The position numbers and the translations under genes were made by a program. A stretch of 64,000 nucleotides of DNA from Thermoanaerobaculia bacterium (GTDB taxonomy: Bacteria > Acidobacteriota > Thermoanaerobaculia > Multivoradales > Multivoraceae): NCBI GenBank assembly GCA_963666565.1, contig OY762911.1, positions 2,368,001 through 2,432,000 on the forward strand. The letters are read 5' to 3'. This document shows positions 59,029 through 64,000 of this stretch, piece after piece. The notes beneath the pieces were generated by a model that worked only from the letters and a program-made list of their open reading frames with translations, had not been told where the DNA came from and did no database searches. Numbering within the stretch: the stretch's first letter is position 1; each line of letters starts with the position of its first letter.

Positions 59029-61095
59029 TTACGGCAGCGCGAAAGCGAGCAGTTCCGGCACGCCGTCCGTCTCGCGCCTACCGGCGACGGTCAGGGCGAT
59101 GTACTGCCGGCCCTCCCAGAGGTAGGTCATCGGCGTGCCGAGGCCGCGCGCCGGCAGCGGCACCTCGGCGATCACGTCGCCGGTCCGCTTGTTCCGCGCC
59201 ACCAGCCGGTTGCCGCCGTCGTCGTCCGGGGCGTGCTGGCCGTGGATCAGCAGCGTCTTCGTCAGCAGCGGCCCGGTGTAGGTGTCGCCGCCAAGCGGCG
59301 GCAGGTCGAGGTGCGCGAGGCGCGGGTGGTTGCGGAGCGTGTCGTTGTTGCCCAGCGGCTTCATCCACACGTGCTCGCCGGTGACGAGATCGATCGCGGT
59401 CATCCGCGTGTACGGCGGCTTGAACAGCGGCAGGCCCTCCGGCATCTCGGGCCGCCGGCCGCGGCCGCCGTGGGTGTAGCGGAGCGTGCCGCCTTCCAGC
59501 GGATCCGGCGTGTAGAACGTGACCATGCTGAACGCGTTGCGCGACGGCACGTAGAGCCAGCCGGTCTCCGGATCGACCGCGGCGCCGTACCAGTTCGCGC
59601 CGCCCCCGGCCGACGGCCGGAAGATCGTCCCCCGCTTGCCGCCGGGTTCGGGCAGGGACGGCGGCGTGTAGAGCGGGCCGATCCGGTAGTCCTTGACGAC
59701 GTCGAGCGCCATCTGCCTGATCTCGGGCGTGAAGTCGGCCAGGTCGTCTTCGGCGACGCCCTGGTACTCGAAGGGCGCCGGCTTCGTCGGGAACGGCTGG
59801 GTCGGCGCCGCGGTGTCGCCGGGCATCGTCGCCGGCGGCACCGGCCGGTCCTCGATCGGCCAGACCGGCTGGCCCGTCACGCGGTCGAAGACGTAGAGGA
59901 ACCCCTGCTTGCTGACCTGGGCGACGATTTGCCGGGGTTCGCCGCCGTCGCCGCCCGGCAGATCGATCAGCGTCGGCGCGGCGGGGAAGTCGTAGTCCCA
60001 GAGGCCGTGGCGGACGGCCTGGAAGTGCCAGAGCTTCTCGCCGGTCTCGACGTCCACCGCCACGAGGCTCTCGGAGTACAGGTTGTCGCCCGGCCGGTGT
60101 CCGCCGTAGAAGTCGTTGGTCGCCGTACCGATCGGCAGGTAGACGATGCCGTGCTCGTTGTCGCCCGACAGCATCGTCCAGACGTTCGCGTTGCCCGAGT
60201 AGCGCCACGACTCGTCCTCCCAGGTCTCGACCCCTTCGTCCCCTTCCCGGGGCACCGTGCGAAAGACCCAGCGGAGCTCGCCCGTGCGCGCGTCCCAGCC
60301 GCGTACCCAGCCCGGGATGGACTCCTTCGTGATCCGCCGGTCGGCGATCGAGGCGCCGGTGACGACCACGTCCCGGACCACGACCGGCGGCGACTGCATC
60401 GAGTAGAGCAGCGCGTTCAGGTAGTCCCGCTCGCCGCGGTTGGCGCGCGGCAGGCCCTCCATCAGGTCGACCCGGCCGCCGTCGCCGAAGTCCTCGTTCG
60501 GGCGGCCCGTGCGGGCGTCCACCGAGAGCAGGTAGCCGTCGCCGGTGCCCCAGTAGACGCGGCTGTCGGCGTCGCCGCCCTCCTCGCCGTTCGTCCAGTA
60601 CGCGACCCCGCGCTGGTTCCAGACGACTGTCATCGTCGTCGTGCCGCTTTCGTAGCTCTTCGGGTTGTACGCCCAGACCGTCCGGCCGGTGCCGGGGTCG
60701 ATCGCGGCTCCGATCGAGATCGGCGTGTTCAGGAACAGCAGGCCCTCCTGCATCAGCGGCGTCGCCTTCAGGTTGCGGATGAAGGGAGCGCGGCCGGCGC
60801 GCCAGAGCAGCGGATCGTCGTCCTTCAGCCGGCGGAAGACGACGTCGCGGTCGGCGTACCACTCGCCGCCCGCCTCCGACTTGCTTAGGAAGCCGTCCAC
60901 CGACCGCCAGCGCCAGGCGACCTCGAGGTCGCCGAAGTTGCCGGCGTCGATCCGGTCGAGCGGCGAGTACTTGGTCGAACCGACGTCGCCGCCGTAGCTC
61001 GGCCACTCGCCGGCCGGGGCGCCGCGCTGGGCGATCGCGGGCGCAGCGAGCAGCAGGGCGACCAGGCCGCCGGCGGCAATCGTCGTTCTGGGCAT
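59029..61095 (-). CDS. PQQ-dependent dehydrogenase-like protein (paralog of 14209-16242)
   Basis: Signal peptide; WPSYGGD.GSTKYSPLDRI, PGWVRGWDARTG, FYGGHRPGDNLY, WHFQAVRHGLWDYD, GGANWYG, PMTY. Confidence 0.9.
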   Translation of the reverse strand: MPRTTIAAGGLVALLLAAPAIAQRGAPAGEWPSYGGDVGSTKYSPLDRIDAGNFGDLEVAWRWRSVDGFLSKSEAGGEWYADRDVVFRRLKDDDPLLWRAGRAPFIRNLKATPLMQEGLLFLNTPISIGAAIDPGTGRTVWAYNPKSYESGTTTMTVVWNQRGVAYWTNGEEGGDADSRVYWGTGDGYLLSVDARTGRPNEDFGDGGRVDLMEGLPRANRGERDYLNALLYSMQSPPVVVRDVVVTGASIADRRITKESIPGWVRGWDARTGELRWVFRTVPREGDEGVETWEDESWRYSGNANVWTMLSGDNEHGIVYLPIGTATNDFYGGHRPGDNLYSESLVAVDVETGEKLWHFQAVRHGLWDYDFPAAPTLIDLPGGDGGEPRQIVAQVSKQGFLYVFDRVTGQPVWPIEDRPVPPATMPGDTAAPTQPFPTKPAPFEYQGVAEDDLADFTPEIRQMALDVVKDYRIGPLYTPPSLPEPGGKRGTIFRPSAGGGANWYGAAVDPETGWLYVPSRNAFSMVTFYTPDPLEGGTLRYTHGGRGRRPEMPEGLPLFKPPYTRMTAIDLVTGEHVWMKPLGNNDTLRNHPRLAHLDLPPLGGDTYTGPLLTKTLLIHGQHAPDDDGGNRLVARNKRTGDVIAEVPLPARGLGTPMTYLWEGRQYIALTVAGRRETDGVPELLAFALP

Positions 61096-61205
61096 GTCGG
61101 CCGCCAATCGTACCCGTCGATCCAGTCGGTGCGCCGGCCTCCTGGCCGGCATCCGCCGCAGGCGGAATCGGGAGCGCGACCAGGCGGCTATGCTCCCGCG
61201 AATCG

Positions 61206-62399
61206 ATGGGGACGTCGAAGCAGTTGCGCGTAGGCATCGTCGGCGCGGGATTCCTCGCGGAAACCAGGGCGCGCTGCTGGAGACAGGTCGTCTCGGCCCA
61301 GGTCGCCGGCGTCGCGTCGCGCCGGCGCGAGCGGGCGGAGGAGTACGCACGGAGCTTCGGCGTGCCGGCCGTGTTCGACGACCTCGACGCCATGCTGGCG
61401 AGCCCCGACATCGACGTCGTCGACCTCTGTGTCCCGAACAGCCTCCATCGGGAGATGACCGAAGCCGCGGCCGCGGCCGGCAAGCACGTCATCTGCACGA
61501 AGCCCCTGACCGCGTACACCGGCCAGGATCTGCCGGCGGACGCGAGCGACGGGGAGGTCGCGGCTCGCGACCGTCGCGAGATGCTGCGGGTCGCCGAGGC
61601 CGACGCACGGGCCATGGTCGTCGCCGCCGCACGCGCCGGCGTACAACTTCTCTACGGCGAGAACTGGATTTACGCCCCGGCCTTTCGCCGCGCCCTCGGC
61701 CTGCTCGAGAAGGCCGACGCCGTGCTGCTCGAGATGCGCGGCGGCGAGTGCCACAGCGGCTCGCACTCGCCGTACTCGCGGGTCTGGCGGCATACCGGCG
61801 GCGGCGCCCTGATCCGGCTCGCGGCGCACCCGGTCGGCGCCATGCTGCACCTGAAGCGCGCCGAGGGCCTCCGCCGCACCGGCGCGCCGGTCCGCCCGGC
61901 CTGGGTCAGCGCCGACACCGCCGACCTGAGCGCCGTCGCCGGCGTGCCGGCGGACGAACTCCGCATCGCCGGGGAATGGGGCGAGGTCGAGAACTGGGGC
62001 TGCCTCACGATCGGCTTCGACGACGGTTCCCGCGCCGTCGCCTGGGGCGGCGACCACGTCCTCGGCGGCATGGAGAGCAGCCTCGACCTGTTCGCCAGCA
62101 ACTGCCGCTTGCGCCTCTCCCTGAGCCCGAACGACATGCTCCGCGCCTACGCCCCCGACGGCGGCGTCTTCGGCGACGCCTACATCATGGAGAAGATCGA
62201 CTCCGGCGCCGGCTGGACGACTCCGATGCCGGACGAGGACTGGACCTCGGGCCAACTCGGCATGTGCCAGGCGTTCGCGGCGAACCTGCTTGGCGGCGAG
62301 ACGGCCGAGTCGGACGGAGAACTCGGCCTGGAGGTCGTGCGGGCGCTGTACGGCGCCTACGTCGCGGCGGCGGAGGGCGGGAGGTTCCCGCTGGCTTGA
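61206..62399 (+). CDS. Gfo/Idh/MocA family oxidoreductase
   Basis: VGIVGAGF, PNSLH, GKHVICTKPL, GGGALI...H. Confidence 0.9.
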   Translation: MGTSKQLRVGIVGAGFLAETRARCWRQVVSAQVAGVASRRRERAEEYARSFGVPAVFDDLDAMLASPDIDVVDLCVPNSLHREMTEAAAAAGKHVICTKPLTAYTGQDLPADASDGEVAARDRREMLRVAEADARAMVVAAARAGVQLLYGENWIYAPAFRRALGLLEKADAVLLEMRGGECHSGSHSPYSRVWRHTGGGALIRLAAHPVGAMLHLKRAEGLRRTGAPVRPAWVSADTADLSAVAGVPADELRIAGEWGEVENWGCLTIGFDDGSRAVAWGGDHVLGGMESSLDLFASNCRLRLSLSPNDMLRAYAPDGGVFGDAYIMEKIDSGAGWTTPMPDEDWTSGQLGMCQAFAANLLGGETAESDGELGLEVVRALYGAYVAAAEGGRFPLA

Positions 62400-62409
62400 C
62401 CCGTGGGGG

Positions 62410-62739
62410 CTACGCCAGCAGCAGCCGGTCCAGCGCCGTCGCGGCAGCCAACAAGGCGCCCACCACCAGCAGCATGCGCCAGGTCAGGTCCGCGCGGAGC
62501 TTCTCCATGTCGGCGCGAATCTCGCCGCGGAGTTCGCCCATCTCGGCGCGCAGGTCGCCGCGCAGCTCGCCCATCTCGGCGCGCAGGTCGCCGCGCAGTT
62601 CGCTCATCTCGGCGCGCAGTTCGGCGTGGTCCCGCGCGCGCTCGGCGCGCATCTCGCGCCGGATCGCTTCGAGCCGCACTGCTGCGTCCGATTCGGTCAA
62701 GAAAGAGGTGCTCCCGGTCTTCGATTCCGTTGCCGTCAT
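62410..62739 (-). CDS. Coiled-coil protein with 11-aa repeats and C-terminal TM anchor (DUF1640/CCDC90-like)
   Basis: ELRAEMS ELRGDLRAEMG ELRGDLRAEMG ELRGEIRADME KLRADLTWRMLLVVGALL; 33-bp DNA repeat. Confidence 0.75.
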   Translation of the reverse strand: MTATESKTGSTSFLTESDAAVRLEAIRREMRAERARDHAELRAEMSELRGDLRAEMGELRGDLRAEMGELRGEIRADMEKLRADLTWRMLLVVGALLAAATALDRLLLA

Positions 62740-62966
62740 TCCGTTTCTCCCGTCGGTGATCGCCCCGCGCAGCGAAACCGCGGCAACGGGGCGATGGTAC
62801 ATGAGACACCGGCCGCGCGGCGTCGCGCGGACCGTCGCGAGCCGACCATTCGGCTCTATGGATCAAGACGGATTCCGGCCGAGTTCCCCGGCGACACGAG
62901 GGCGACGCCGTTGTCGCGTTGCGCCGGAGTCCGCTCGGCGGTCGTCGAAAGACGGTTCCGTCTGGC

Positions 62967-63003
62967 TTGACCCCGTCGGGAACCTAGCCATAGTCTTGGC
63001 TAG
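62967..63003 (+). promoter_or_regulatory. Candidate sigma70 promoter with overlapping palindromic operator for phd-vapC
   Basis: TTGACC (62967) 18 bp from TAGTCT (62991); perfect IR CTAGCCA-N6-TGGCTAG (62984-63003) spans the -10. Confidence 0.6.
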
Positions 63004-63104
63004 ATCGACACGGTGCGGTTCGGCGCATGCCGCTCTCCGCAACGCCTGCCGCGCTGCGCTCGACCGAGTTCGCCGTCGAGTCGAACTCGCTGGAGGGTGC
63101 TCGA

Positions 63105-63335
63105 ATGACAGTCGTCAACGTTCATGAAGCCAAGACCCAACTCTCGCGGCTGCTGGCTCAGGTCGAGGCCGGGGAGGACGTCGTGATTGCGCGCCGCGGC
63201 GAACCTGTCGTGCGTCTCGTCCGTTGCCGGCCCAAGGTGCGGCGTCAGCCCGACACTCTCAAGGGCCGGGTCGTCGTTCCGGACAGCTTCTTCGATCCTC
63301 TGCCGGACGAAGAGCTTTCCGCCTGGGAACGGTAG
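63105..63335 (+). CDS. Phd/YefM family antitoxin
   Basis: MTVVNVHEAKTQLSRLL..VEAGEDVVIARRGEPVVRLV; GGAGG RBS. Confidence 0.93.
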   Translation: MTVVNVHEAKTQLSRLLAQVEAGEDVVIARRGEPVVRLVRCRPKVRRQPDTLKGRVVVPDSFFDPLPDEELSAWER

Positions 63336-63341
63336 GTCGGC

Positions 63342-63728
63342 GTGAGGGCGCTGCTGGACACCCACGCGCTTCTCTGGTGGGTGGCGGACAGCGCGCGTCT
63401 CTCGGAGACCGCTCGCGGCCTGATTGCCGACGACTCGAACGAGATCCTGGTCAGTGCGGCCTCGGCCTGGGAGATCGCGACGAAGTACCGGCTGGGCAAG
63501 TTGCCGGGAGGCGAAACCGTGGCGGCCGATGTCGTAGGCAGCATCCGGGCACAGGGGTTCACGGAACTCCAGATAAGCGTCGCCGATGCCGAACGCGCCG
63601 GACGCTTGCCCGGGCCGCACCGGGACCCGTTCGACCGGATGCTCATCGCGCAAGCCCTGGCGCGGGACCTGCCGGTCGTGTCGGTGGACGCGATGTTCGA
63701 CCGCTACGCCGTCAACCGGGTTTGGTGA
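63342..63728 (+). CDS. vapC: VapC PIN-domain toxin
   Basis: LLDTHALLWW, VSAASAWEIATK, HRDPFDRMLIAQA, VSVD. Confidence 0.95.
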   Translation: MRALLDTHALLWWVADSARLSETARGLIADDSNEILVSAASAWEIATKYRLGKLPGGETVAADVVGSIRAQGFTELQISVADAERAGRLPGPHRDPFDRMLIAQALARDLPVVSVDAMFDRYAVNRVW

Positions 63729-63736
63729 GTGTCGGC

Positions 63737-63827
63737 CGGTTCATCCCCGCGTGTGCGGGGAAATGCGGGAGGGCAGAGAGGCAGCTTGTTCCGCGAGCGG
63801 ATCATGACCGTGCCGTTGCGGGGGCGG
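63737..63827 (-). CRISPR. Minimal type I-E-like CRISPR unit: near-intact repeat, 32-nt spacer, degenerate repeat
   Basis: Plus strand CGGTTCATCCCCGCGTGTGCGGGGAAATG (63737-63765) matches the I-E repeat family; CGGATCATGACCGTGCCGTTGCGGGGGCGG starts exactly 61 nt later (63798). Confidence 0.65.
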
Positions 63828-64000
63828 TTCGATGCGTTTGGAGTTGGGCCGTCGTTGCGCCTCGTGCGGTTGCTCGCGAGCGCCGCGCCTGCGCCAAGTC
63901 GTAGCTGGCCTGCATCCGCATCCAATGAACGGCGGTTCCCCAACCGATGTCCTCCAGCGCCAGCGCCATCTTCGCGGAGACGCCGGCCCTGCCGTTCAAC
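63802..64000 (-). CDS. higA: HigA-family addiction-module antitoxin (5' end beyond window)
   Basis: LNGRAGVSAKMALALE..GWGTA.HWMRMQASYDLAQAR. Confidence 0.88.
   Translation of the reverse strand, partial: LNGRAGVSAKMALALEDIGWGTAVHWMRMQASYDLAQARRSRATARGATTAQLQTHRTAPATARS

Overview
Very GC-rich bacterial chromosome segment (roughly 70% GC by eye; most long alternative ORFs in the track are antisense or off-frame shadows). Protein content (CRTAC1+TPR pair, a metallopeptidase/FN3/Cys-repeat/plant-type LRR surface protein, two PQQ dehydrogenases, DUF1592/DUF1552, many TA modules) suggests, by inference only, a host-associated Acidobacteriota such as a sponge symbiont. Housekeeping genes: eno, pfkA, pntAA/pntAB/pntB, leuS, rpmE2, glycerate kinase, ccmC. 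There is a metal-homeostasis island (permease-HMA | DtxR-2xFeoA, feoB, L31B) and at least four TA loci. Main observations: (1) a tightly linked 7-gene minus-strand operon (51929->44467) joining a ferric-reductase/Rieske module to OlsB-like and OlsA-like acyltransferases and a hydrolase-DedA-ATP-grasp triple fusion, a candidate new aminolipid pathway; (2) a type I-E CRISPR repeat-32 nt spacer-degenerate repeat unit wedged between vapC and higA at the right edge; (3) a dispersed REP-like palindrome (GGGTGCGCGGGTCTTCCGACCCGC) found as singlets, ~138-bp REPIN-like doublets, a 6x25-bp tandem array and in-frame inside proteins; (4) a nested inverted-repeat element at 41521-42016; (5) an orphan toxin-tip/immunity-like pair behind xre-res and a coupled two-gene defence-like pair at 17262-19047. 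No rRNA, tRNA, cas gene or intact transposase was recognised. All calls come from reading the sequence and recalling family motifs; no searches were run.
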